A stretch of 63,365 nucleotides of DNA, counting the filler, from Choristocarpus tenellus KU-1152 (Eukaryota > Protista > Phaeophyceae), in the NCBI GenBank assembly GCA_964200185.2. It is 11 parts of 11 records of this genome, joined end to end, with 100 filler letters (N's around TTAATTAATTAA, not from the genome) between each part and the next. Parts side by side here need not be neighbours in the genome. Positions count along the whole stretch, not along the records: positions 32,938 to 40,884 come from CAXNAD020005354.1; positions 40,985 to 52,438 come from CAXNAD020002309.1; 9 more parts are not named here. One strand, written 5' to 3'. Below the pieces are notes generated by a model, which was not told the origin of the DNA, did no database searches, and was given only the letters and a program-made list of their open reading frames with translations. Each line of letters opens with the position of its first letter. Position 1 is the first letter of the stretch. This document shows positions 37,660 through 49,716 of the stretch, in pieces. The translations under genes and the position numbers were made by a program.

Positions 37660-38560
37660 CCCTATCACATCTCCAATATGTCCAATCCAACAGGTGCTCA
37701 GTGGCTGGGTGCAGGAGGCATAACAACACCCGACATGCTTGTATCTGCCCTAGGGCAGGGTGATAAGTATGCTAACATACACCGATGGTTGAGCGTCTAG
37801 GTCAACTCTGTAAGGGAATGGGTATCCCTTGCACTATGGTTGACGGTAGCCCATTCACTGTGGATCAGAATTTCCGCATGGGTGTGGTCTTCCATGCTGG
37901 GGCACTTGGGGTGGCTGGATTGGCTCCCCTACTGGGACAAAGGTCCCCTCCTGGGTGTTACGTTTGGAGAAGTGCAGGCAGCCTGCCATCTACCCTACTC
38001 ATCCACCAGCAATGGTGTATCTGCTGCTGCAGCTCAGGAGTGCACCCACTTCGAGGGTTCTTTTGATCTTCGTAGTCTTAACCTCAGCACCTTCGTGGTG
38101 GAAAGTTTTGGGCGCTTTGGTAAGTAAGCAGATCGTTCTCTGGATGAGTTGGCTGCACACACAGTAGAGGGGAGAGGGGTGGGGGGTTACACAGGAGGAA
38201 AGGAGCTGTCAAATTCCGTTTACGACAGATAATGTCTTGTCACTACACAAGTGGCTCTCTCAAGACCTGTCCTGCGTTTTTTAACCCGAAGACACTGGGA
38301 AGATGGGCAAAGAGGGACCTATCAGATTCTTGGGATGCTTCCCGATGTCCTGGACCAGTTGTGTAGAGGGCTAACCTAGGTTGGAGGCATTGCAACAGTT
38401 TACGCATCACATTGAAATTTCGCCCTTTTATGGGTGTGTAGTATATATAGGTGGTACTCAAATATTAAATACAGAGATACCTTTCACCCAAAGGTGGCTT
38501 CGATGTTGAATTTACTTTTTTCTGCGAGACATCTCCAAAATATGAGAGGGCATAAAAATA
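37660..38560 (+). mobile_element. CRE-like (RLE-type) non-LTR retrotransposon 3' fragment, decayed
   Basis: TRHACICPRAG zinc-knuckle remnant, FRM(D>G)VV, HFEGSFD...FVVESFGRFG and LQVALSR motifs of the restriction-like endonuclease domain. Confidence 0.78.
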
Positions 38561-39017
38561 TTAGGTTGTCAATATCAAATTCGCATTCCAACATAATAAA
38601 TTGAAGTAACCCAACGTCCAAGATTAGTATTATTGGTCAAGAATTGGTAATGGAGAAAAATATGTGGCGACGCCTCACGAAATATCTTGGAACCAAAGTA
38701 GCAAGGTGAGTAACCAAAAAAGGTTGGACACAAAATAGGACATGGTTGGAGTGAGGGGGAAAGAATTATCAGTGAATATCGCAGAGTGTTCAGAGATTCG
38801 TGATAATCTTCTTCGGAATCCCTACCCCGGCACTAAGTAACTCTAAGAAGCTCCTCCAGATAGGGAGTTCGTCACTGTCGTAAAACTGGCTTTGTCGGAG
38901 GATATTGGGGTACCCTACATACCTCTAGGAGGAAATTCTGTATCTTCGAAACCTCGCTCTGGAGGTGGTACGGTTGCAAGGATTCCGTCATACCCAATTA
39001 CCCCCGAGGAAAGCGCG

Positions 39018-39694
39018 ATGGAACGAGTCGATAGCACGGAATCTGATCAACGGCCCAAGTACAGCAACTTCTCCCAGCAAACGCTGAACTCAAAGACTCA
39101 ACTGCTGGCGCCTACTTGTTTGATCATCTTGTATATGTTGATAAATCTGGTGTTTATCCCTCTGGGAGTCGTAATGAGAGTCGAGAGCGATGACATCATC
39201 GAGTATAGGTGATCATATGAGATCCCACTCTTTAGAAGAGTGTTGCATGGAGAAATGACCAACGACTGTTGTTTTAGTTTGGGAAATTGGGCGACAGCCT
39301 TTTCCTACGGCTTCCATTGTGCATGTGAAATGTGCCGCAATCTCTTTCTTTGTCAGCATTTGCCATGGCGTCTGCTACGGCTTTAGTCGTGCTGATACGA
39401 GATGGTAGTACTTGGGGGACAGTAAGCAACAGGATCCGCATTCAACGTTTACTCCCCGATGAACTTATCCCACTGATCTGACTATAAAGCCCCACTGCTC
39501 CATGCTACTCTTCCACTGTCTGTGTTGCTTCGCAGCTATCAGTACGATGGTGATGGGTCGGTCAACGACTCCTGCAAAATATCTGAATATAACCAGGGTT
39601 TGCCATGCGAGGTGACCATCGAGGTGGACGAATCAATGTCTGCCCCAATCTATGTCTACTACCAGTTGGATAACTACCTCCAAAATGATGCGAC
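39018..39694 (+). CDS. CDC50/LEM3 family P4-ATPase (flippase) beta subunit, exons 39018-39208 and 39536-39694 (partial)
   Basis: RPKYSNFSQQTL, a TM helix ending FIPLG, and PIYVYYQLDNY.QN; phase-2 GT/AG join. Confidence 0.9.
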
Positions 39695-41029
39695 GTAAGT
39701 ATCAAGTTCGTAGCTCAAGTGTGACACGCCATGGCACTGTGTTCACCAGCCCCCCCTACCCCCAACCTAATGTTTGGTGTTGGAATATATATTCGTCGAA
39801 TCCCTTGTGTTCTCTAGAGACACGCTCAGGCATCTCGGGAATATATGAGGCTGTAGTTTATCCTCTACTTGAGTAAGAGGTTTTGTCCCCTGCTATTTTT
39901 TAATTTCTCCTCTTGAGTACTCTTTCCCATTTTTGAAGGTAGGAGAACAAAAACATATGTATACGAAGAACTTGACTCCATTGCTAAAGCAGATATGTCC
40001 TACCTCTTCAGCCAGTGTTGAGATTAATGTGCCAAATCTCTCTGTATGTGTACTGTTCGGCGAAGTTGACCTATGACAGTAATTGGTGCTAGGGTGAGTG
40101 TTAGGGATAGGTTAGGGTTAGGGTTGCCTTTCCTCCAGAACCCTTTGCTGAATGTTGTGTTTGGTGTGTTTATATTCAAATGTTTATATTCAAACAAAGC
40201 TCATCCTTCTGTCTGAAATAAATGCCGCTGCTCTTCCTACTTTGATCGCGGTAGTCTGATTCAAGCTTTCTCGCTGAGAGGTTCTGTTTTTTTTTTCTTA
40301 TCAGAAGTACTGTAGAGCCAGCTTGTAAGTCAAAGTTGAAGTCGTTTTATGTCCCTTTCGACTTTGCGCATGTATTAATTATTAATTCCCCACTTTTTAG
40401 AAACACTGGGGTCATTCAGACTCACGATCCCTTTTTTTTGTGGGCACATTTGTTCAACCTTAACCTTAAGACTCCTTTTACACTTTGCACAATGTGGTCA
40501 TGGAGGAGGATAAAGAGATATTTTTAGATTGAAGAGAGCAATCACAGCTGATGAAAGGGCCATGTTGTTTGCTGATGTTGCCAGCTCAGACAAACACATG
40601 TACTCTTTGAGGCCCACCCATTCTAACAAACGGACTGTATTTTTTATCTTGGATTTTTGTCAAATGTCAAAAGAAAACATATTGTCTCAAGTTTTTTTTT
40701 TTCTCCTAGTTTAGGAGGTTAGTGAAAAATGCATTATTTACCTTTTTTTTGCTTCTGTTGGTTTAGGCATGCCAATTGAGATAATTGTATCTCACTTAAG
40801 AATAGAAGAAGGGATTCAGCATGAGGGTTTTCCAGTGTTTTTTTCAAGACTGATCAGGAACGTGCATGTTGTGATGTGGGGGGGNNNNNNNNNNNNNNNN
40901 NNNNNNNNNNNNNNNNNNNNNNNNNNNNTTAATTAATTAANNNNNNNNNNNNNNNNNNNNNNNNNNNNNNNNNNNNNNNNNNNNATGGCGTTTGAAGTTG
41001 GGGCGGGGAAGGGATGGGGAAGGAGGACG

Positions 41030-41162
41030 GAGTTGTGTGGGGGGGGGTAGGGGGGTCTACACCAGGGTGTCCATTTGGGTCAAGATCAGGAAAAGTGCAC
41101 TTACATCATCCATCTGACGTATGCAACCGAATCACACAACTATCGCGGCATGAAAAAATTCG
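41030..41162. mobile_element. MITE B partial copy
   Basis: gggggtctacaccagggtgtccatttggg...aagtgcacttacatcatccatc. Confidence 0.8.
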
Positions 41163-41164
41163 CC

Positions 41165-41715
41165 TTGTTAGATTCTTGGGGCGCTTCCCTAGCTCCTCAC
41201 CCTGGGGTGCAGGAATAAGCTAGGTTGGAGGCACAAGAAGGCAGGGGTATAGCATAGCTGGTAGTAAAATATAAAATAGATCATTTTTTTCACATTTATG
41301 ATAACTGTTACTTTTTTAGGGATTTTCTGACATGTCAATAGTTTTCATTGGTTTTTCCCTTGACACATCTGCAAATGTCAGAGGGCAAAGTAATAAAATA
41401 AAGCATGTACATAGTTTGATGCACGTTTATCTTTAGTTTGGTAAAATATAAATTAGTAACGTACGTAGCGGTATGATGAGCCAGTATTTCTCCATACGTC
41501 AGTGATAATGCGTGGAGTGCAGGACTAAGCTAAGTTGGAGGCTCAGGAAGGCAGTTAAGCTGCACAGCTGATAGTAAATAGTAAATAGATGACTGCCTTC
41601 CACATTTATGACAAATTATAAACTTTATAGGTTTTTCTGACATGTGTGTAGTTTTCATTGGTTTTTCCCTTGACACATCTGCAAAATGTCAGAGGGCATA
41701 ATGATAAAAATAATG
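41165..41715 (+). mobile_element. Two tandem CRE-like LINE 3' UTR copies (41165-41403, 41515-41715)
   Basis: Family homology; each ends in cagagggca-(ATA)-rich tail. Confidence 0.8.
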
Positions 41716-43101
41716 AATGGCTAAGACAAATACCAGCGAGTAATAGAGAATGGATGTTCACCATGTAATCCACCAGCACCTTCTGGCGACAGTCCTTTCC
41801 TGTGCAAAGCTATTCAACAAACATGACAATAACTTCCTCGTTCGGTGAATAGGTTTCCGCAAACGGGAATACACCGATCATTTCCTATACTGTATATATG
41901 CTCCTACAAAGACTGGTTGTGAGAGTACTGAGGCAACAAACGGTTCGCAAGGGTAGCCTCCTCTTTTTTCTGGGCCAGTTAGTCGCATGGGGGATGACTG
42001 ACTTCCCACGATATTAATTGAATGACATTTGAGGAGCTTAAGAATGGAAAATGGAAGCAAGGTATACAGGAACGGAACTGATAGACGTTTCTCCAAGACG
42101 ACCTTGACATGTTTGAGATTGGAGTTGAGAGGATTCGGCCACGAGAGGAGTAAAATAAGTTGTGTGAGTGTGTGGCTATCAGCACAACAATGAGGTTTTT
42201 GGCTGGATAACATTCCAAGGAAGCTGTGATAGCTATCGTACGTCACACCAAAGCAGCAGGTAAGGTTGCCCAAGTCACCACCACCACTACCATCGTTACT
42301 CTCCGCCAAATGCTGGTTTCTTAGTGGGCTCTCTCCAACGTCGTTATTTATTCGTTATATTTCTTCTCTTCTGGTTACGTTTTCGGGGTTACGGTGTTTT
42401 ACTCCTCTTGTGTTCTATTCCTTTTCATGTATTCTCTTCTCTTCTCTTCTCATCTCTTTTCTTCTTATTTTTCTTCCAGTAGTTCGTTTTCATTTTTGTG
42501 TGTTTGTACGGGGTAGTATTCGCAAACATCAGGTGGTAGTCCATCACCATCCCCTCACAGAAATATTGAGATTCCAATCTCCATCCATACCAGATTTCCT
42601 TCAGACGAGATTGACTTGGATGTACGTTGCAGCTAGCTAGTACGTTGGGTGTGTACACCTGCACATTGTACTTTCTTGTATCAAACCACAAACAAAAAGT
42701 GGGAAGATCTGGATGATGGAGAAGAGTGGTTGGGGATGGAGGGAGTGCGCAAAAGATTCGAGGAAGGAGACAGAGGAACAAGATGTGTTGTCCTGGAATT
42801 AGTTGTGGTAGTAGTTTTTATGACAGGAGAAATATTGCAGTGTGGACTACCATCAAACCGTACGTGAAGAGGTAAATAATAGGAAAGTTTCGATTGAAAA
42901 AGTGGAGTAATAATAATAAAATGCGCACTTTGTTACACTGTAATGAACTTGCCACTAGGTACACAAAGGGCAAAATAATATATAAAATATCATTTTAAAA
43001 AGTAGTGGGCAATACAACTATCGATAGTATCTTACACAAAAGGGGCTAGGAAATTTGAGTTGGTGAAGTAGATACTACCGTTCGACGAGGATTTCAAGAG
43101 A

Positions 43102-45989
43102 ATGGTGAAGGATGTACTGTGTTATGGCCCTCACGCGGTTGGCTGTTCGTTTTCTCTCTCTCTCGTATTGGTGGTGTGCTTGTTCTTGTTCGTTCTCCGG
43201 CCTCTGAACCACCGCGATAGCCAATTCGAGGAGGAGTTTGTCTTCTTTTCCCACGTTGGACAAAATACCGCCATCAATGCAGTGCGGAAGCTGGTTGAGG
43301 GGTGCACTCGAGATGTGCAGTTCTCCGGGGGCTGTGAAAAAACCGCCACTAATAATACGCGACTGCCTGTCACTTTCGGCAACGACTGTGGGTTCGAGGT
43401 GACAAGTTGACTCTCTGCAACGTCCTGTGTGAAGAAGTGACAATACTTATTCCAATCCAACCTGAAGCATTCGAACTTCCACTGTAAAAGAGCAATGTGT
43501 ATGTAGTCTATGGCTAGTCTCACCGGTTCGATCATTGCCTACCCCTCTGTCGTAGAGAAAGAGCACAGGCCTACCTTTCGGTCTATTTCTGTGACACCTG
43601 TCTTCCCCTCCTGTGTGTTCCAATGTTGTTACGTTCTTCTCTCTCTTGCCGCATGTGTTAGCATTACAATATCACAAGAGAAAACTTGCGTATACTGACG
43701 AGAAAGTATCAATTTCATTTCGTGGGTGATAGTACCACGCGGCGTCTGGCAGCTAGCTTCGAAGCTATCTACACGGGCAAACCGCCAGTTCACACACTGT
43801 CGCACCAACGTGTGCCACACTATGTAGAACAGCTGACTGCCACATTCAAGTGGAAGCCCTTGTGCCCTAATATATCTGCCGAGATCGTGGATGTCCTTGA
43901 GGCATTGCAAACGAGAGTGAACACGAAGCAGCTAGTGTTTATCACATCGTACGGTGTACATGAGATAACTGATGTGAGTGATTATCAACGAAGTGTAGGA
44001 CGCATTGTCGATGTATTGGTGCGAAATGATGCAAGGCATTAGCATACGATGATAGTGGCAGATAGGGATAGTTTTTCTTACCACATTTCGCAATGCGCAA
44101 ACACGATCGAACCCCATTGATCCTGTAGGGGTAAAACGTTGAGGGTTGTGGTATCTGAAGTAACATTCCCACTGACGCAACCCTCTGCTGCATACGATCT
44201 AACAATGAAAGCTATCGTCCCTTTGAATCCATTGCAATAAACATGTCATAACTACTTCGACCTAGCCCAAATACGTCAAGATTTTGAATTTGCAGTACAG
44301 AGTTCGAAAGGAGACATCAATCCAAGATATTGGGCTGGGGGAAACATGTGCCTACGGCATGTACAACGCCGAAAACTAGAAGTGATGTCATGACAATGCT
44401 GATCCACACATAGCTGTCTTAGCGCCCAAGAACTTTGTATTGGAGGTTTCAAAGGTACAATGTTGCTCCTGAAATTTTACCTGTGTGTTGTAGCTACCGC
44501 TATAGATGAACCTATGTAGGTAGTTTTTCGCGTCGTCAGACCCCTCTCCCAGCCTTTTCGCCTACCTGTAATTCAGGCATCAGTAGGAATAGTAAAACAC
44601 GGAATTGCTTTTGTTTTCTGTACATGTCCCCTTCGTTTACGGATTTGCTCTCCATCTCGCGTACTTTGTAGGATGTGCGCATGTACACAAACGTCTGAGC
44701 AACAAACGAAAGTGATGCCCAATTTTGCTACTCCAAAAGAACCTATGCAAACGTTGTGAGGGGTGACGGACGCAGATGTCATTCTCTGCTTGGCAATCAT
44801 TATTCAAGTTATATCAGGGCGTTGCAAGAACATGCTGTACTGAGAATGGTTGTTACCTTTGTCAAAATAGTGCAGTGGCACTAGTATGTTGTGTAGCCAC
44901 AATGAACAATTAATTATCGACAGCTGTGAAATAATCAGGTCTATGATTAATGTTCTGTGGTGTCATATCAGTTTTTTTTATTTGCATGGTCTGTGCAATT
45001 GAATGCACATGAAGGATTTGAACTGCCCGACCTATCTAGCCTTTCATGGTGTTTGAGATCATTGTAGAACTCTTAACACTTCACAACTTGTTTTGTGTGA
45101 GGACCCTGAATTCCTGTGAGGCTTGTGTTCATTTCCTGTGTAGGGTATTGGGAAGACCTCAATCTTGGGGCATTGCATTTCCTTGGGATCACTCTGTGAC
45201 GGTAGAACATATTGTTTCATTTGACCCATTCTGATAGCTAGTTTTAAGTAGAATTAATGCTGGAAAAGATCTAAACATAGCTTGGAAAGGGGTTATTACC
45301 TCCATGCAAATGCAATTGTTTCATTGGAAGGCAAATCAATCTACCCCTGTGCGACCCCTCCCCACCCAACTTGATCTTGAGTCTGATTATTACCCTCTTT
45401 GCGATTTGTTGCAGGTTCACATGACACTTCAGATACGACACCTTGTACTTGTCTTGAGTATTGCAAACCTTGATAGCAGCCCCCAACAGAACTTCCTCCC
45501 CTCGCTGACAAAAAGTTGTGCCCAAATTTTATTGGGGGTATTGATTGACAGGTACATACCAGTAATGGACTTGGGTTGGGTGGGAGTGAAGGGAATGAAA
45601 GGGCAATGTCTGAGGCTGCGTTGGAGCGATGCATGAATGTGACCAAGGCCCTCATTCATCTGGCTCAGGGGGTGGATCTAGCTACGCCTCCTATTGTACT
45701 GGTGATGGAAGGCAACCCGTTCAGGGCTGACGACATACGCAAGGATTGGATGCAAGAGCTGCATCAGAAACGTCTCGAGATCTTTCGTCGTGCTGCAGGC
45801 TCTTCTCGCGACCTTATTGTGCCGTATATGCTGGAGGATACTGCTGGGATCTTTGACAGACTTGAATGCAAGAGGAAGGACAGCATACATTTTTATGAAC
45901 CAGTGAAGCTGATCCAGGCACAATTGGTTTGGTATGCAATGAACATGATATATGACTTATGCAGCCAGGGAAACTGTGACCGGCAATGA
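43102..45989 (+). CDS. Type II membrane SGNH/PC-esterase-like protein (putative polysaccharide O-acyltransferase/esterase), 348 aa; exons 43102-43398, 43662-43973, 45552-45989
   Basis: All joins phase 0 with GT/AG; N-terminal TM helix, FHFVGDSTTR (GDS), SYGVHE, and C-terminal DSIHF (DxxH). Confidence 0.82.
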
Positions 45990-48900
45990 TCAAGACAACA
46001 TTTTGCACTTGCCCTTGGTGGGTGTCCTTTGAGTGTGAGTCTTTTTTGTCATTATGAAGGAGGAGTTCATTTTGTTGTAGATATGAGTAGATATCTATGC
46101 AGTTTTGCTTGTTTCTTGTCAAGACAATGACACCTTTGTTTTGTCTAGTCTTTCCCCTCTCCAAAACTTAAGTCTACATCCTTGGACTTGACTATTGTTC
46201 CTCCTCTATGGCACTAGGATCATTTTTGGCATGTTGTAGTATTGTAACTATTGGAGGCTGTGCAACAACAGGGACCTCAGTTGTAGTCTTGTATCCGTTG
46301 TATTCAACTCCCTGTTGACATGTTGTTCTCCTATGACTTGAAGAGTTCTTTTGCTAGGTGAGGGTAGTAATGACCGTGAAACCTAATGCTTGTGTATGAA
46401 TATCACCCCTGAAAGGTGTTTTCTTAACCCGTGGCCACTGTGGTGCCACTAACCCCATTTTTCATGTCTTGAAATCATCCTTGTTTTTTCTTGTGTTTGA
46501 GCGAGGATGGTCTGTGGGGCCTGTTCATTGCAGCTAGGATCTGATGTTTTCAGTGTTGCGGGGTAAAGGTCGTACTGCAGCAGTGAGAGGTGGGCACTGT
46601 TGTTGTCCAGAGCCTGACAACATTTGTTGGTCATGTTTTCATTTGGTTCAGATAGAACAAGGGCCTGAGAAGTAGAAGTAATGAAGATTTGGTTCTGAAA
46701 AAAACCCCTCTGCTGGTTGTGCTTTAATATAACTTTATAGTTGATATATCTCTGGATTAATGCACCTCCGTGCATGATACATGTAAGTTGGTGCCCTCTT
46801 GTGTATGATCAAAAGGAGATTTTTTTAGAGTGCTTCAGTCCCAAATGACAGCTTGCTTGCTTGTCCGTGTGAGTCTTACTTTGATCAGCCTGGGTGACAC
46901 GTGCAGCGTTACATGTCCAGGAAATTATACACTGTAGGTGAGCAGGTCTCCACACAATCCTGGGGATGAGCAATATATTTCAACTGGACATGCTGCATTC
47001 CCACTTGCCTTTTAGTTCCTTGCATGCTTTGACTTCTTTGGATGACTTTCAATAATTTGTTTGCTTGGTCAAATCTGACTCAACCTCCTGAAAATCAATG
47101 TGTTGTATTGAGTGACATGATCATGGAGTCGTAAATTCTCAAACAACAAAACTTCTGGTTGTTCTTCTGCTTGACGTTTCTTACTTTTTGAACCACATTT
47201 GATTCATTTTTGGCCCCTTTTGCCGATTTTGTTTAGACGTTTTTGGAGACGATTTGGACTTTCTCGCACTTTTTTCAACTCTTCAGAGTCATTTGTAACA
47301 TTTTTCGGGCACGGCTGTGAAAGCGATGCTCCCTCCCTTGATAAAGCTTGGGAAAGTCTACTCTCCCAGTCTCGCCAGTGCTTGTGCAGGTAGCCCGTGC
47401 TAACTGCCTACCTCACCAGGTCACCTCCCTGCAAGCAAGAGTTGTAAGGTCTGCCATTGCAGTGAGGACCTCAAAAGAAGAAAGGCCTCCCCCTCCCAGG
47501 GTTGGCCTCTTGACTCCTCTCTCTTGAGTTGAAAGCTTGTCTTTGGCTCTTTCACGGGTGGGTAGGGGCATCTCAAGGTGTGTTATCACAGCAATCACCT
47601 CGGATATAGCTGCCATTCCCCCCTCAGTAGGTGGGGGCTTGGCTACTGCTCCCGCTGATGGCCTGCCCCCCTTTTGGAGGAGAATATTTGGCGTTCACAG
47701 TATGGGTGAACCAGATACCACTAATATATACTATTTTTTAAAAGTCAAATGGGATCCATTGACCTGTGGTCGGCTGACATGGCATTTCGTCCACCTTATG
47801 AACTAACTGTTGCACTGAAATTAGTTGCACTACCCCATGTATTCCTTGAATTTTTCTCTTATGTTGGGATCAGCAGTCCCGCCACTCATTGCTCTGTCTC
47901 TTCCCCCGAATCTGGTGGCCACTCCCATCCACAAGGAATCTTCTTACCACGATCCAGATCTTCGATGTCTCTTTCTGTGGATTGGTGTAATATAGGAAGG
48001 TGTAGGTGTATTTCCCCAATGCACTTACTAGGTAGTCCATCAAAGTCAAATCTCTTGAGAAGAAAATCTGATCTCAACCAGGCTTCGAAACCCAGGATGT
48101 CCATGTTGGAATAGGTTCGGACGACTTACCACCTGAGATGTATATGCAAGCTTATACATATTAGTATGATATATATGGGCGTCTGGTTATTTATACATGA
48201 CTTTTTTTGTCTTAACCTCTTCATATACTAGATGTGATTTGGGGTAATTTGACAACAATGGACCGAATGAGGATGTCAGAATTTGTCAATGTTGAACCAC
48301 CATTGAGAACTGGAAGATGAAAATATTCCAGTTCGTAAATCAAGATCTATGGGGGTGATTAGATGGTGCTATAATTATTTTGAAAATACTTTTGGTCCCA
48401 TAGTTTAAGGTTATGTTGCGATTATTTATTGCTATGATGATATCATACCAACCTCCCTATGACACCTCATATTGGAATCTCTCCTTATTTTCATACCACA
48501 CCGTAATATCCCAAGTTCATACTGCCCATTCGAGGTCAAAATCTATGGGAAGTGCCTCAGGCATTCAGTTATTCTGCTTCTCTTCCCCAATTTTGCAGTG
48601 GCCATTGGGGTTGCCTAGTTGTGGAGGCACTATCGCTTCATCAATGTGTGTCTTTCGCCCACACTTCTCTATATCTAAAGCAGAGTTTTTGGATCACTTT
48701 AACCTTCCGTCAAGGTTCCCACAATTCCCTTGTTGGCTTGCTCGTTTGCACAACTCCTGTGCTCCTGCTTCTGACAAGACTTGCAGAAGCAGGAGGAGGT
48801 AAGGTAGTTACAATATCTCTTGATATGTTGCAAAGGATCAACAGTGAGCGTAAAACTGGGGTCAACAACGCTTCTCTTGATCACAGCATCTTATTAACCT

Positions 48901-49007
48901 CCAATGAGTTCCATCATGTTCCATTCCAGTCTCTATGTCAACAGCACTACGCTTGACCCTCCCTCCCACCTGAAGTCCATTCAACAATTGTGAGTCTGAG
49001 GGGATCC

Positions 49008-49640
49008 TGTTGATGGATAGTGCTGTTGATACACTATAGACACCACTACTAGTGGAGTAAATAGTAGGGAGTGATAGTTATGGATACACCGGATGTACCT
49101 ACTCATTGGTGTCCAGTAAATTAGTGGTATGTTATGTTCTAAATATGATTGTCATACTGAAGACAAGTATGCGATTGATTCATAGTATGCTAGTGTGGAC
49201 GACTCCAAACTCCACACATAGGAAAGGTAATGGGTGGCCACCAGTTGTGAGTCCCATGAAGTCAGTCAATGGAATTGAGACCACAAGCTCCACAACTGTT
49301 CTATGATTACAACAAGCCACATATTGTCCTCTACCAAGGCACACAATGATAATCTTAACTCCGGGTCGAGTGTGGAATACTTCAACATGCTGTAGCAAAT
49401 CAACGATTATTGGGACGTTGTGCTGAGTGACAAGGTGGGTGTTGATTTGTAGCAGTGTGTTCAAGATGTCCACCAGTATCACCACCAATGGAACCAATGT
49501 TTCCACCATTCCTGGAAAGTTGGGTGAGGATTTCATTGCTTACACAGTTGGAGCTCAAACCAATCTGGTGCTGGGAATAGGTGCTTGGACACACATGGAT
49601 ACCACCAGTGGAGCTGCAAATACAGGTCGGAGCAACTAAC
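49008..49640 (+). mobile_element. Copia-like LTR (49008-49387) followed by a gag start (ATG 49466)
   Basis: LTR TGTTG...CAACA; MSTSITTNGTNVSTIPGKLGEDFIAY is homologous to the gag start of the 25.2-kb copy. Confidence 0.82.
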
Positions 49641-49716
49641 CACATATGCAACAGCAATTCACTAATATTACCGAATAATAAGGATATGTATCATACATAT
49701 CTTGTTATCCCATCTA

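Noticed and set aside
41878-42309. 143-aa minus-strand ORF
   Set aside because: TTG start, no recognisable domain and no convincing splice structure
45060-48120. Possible L1-like LINE remnants on the minus strand
   Set aside because: Only vague similarity; no intact RT or endonuclease motif could be read
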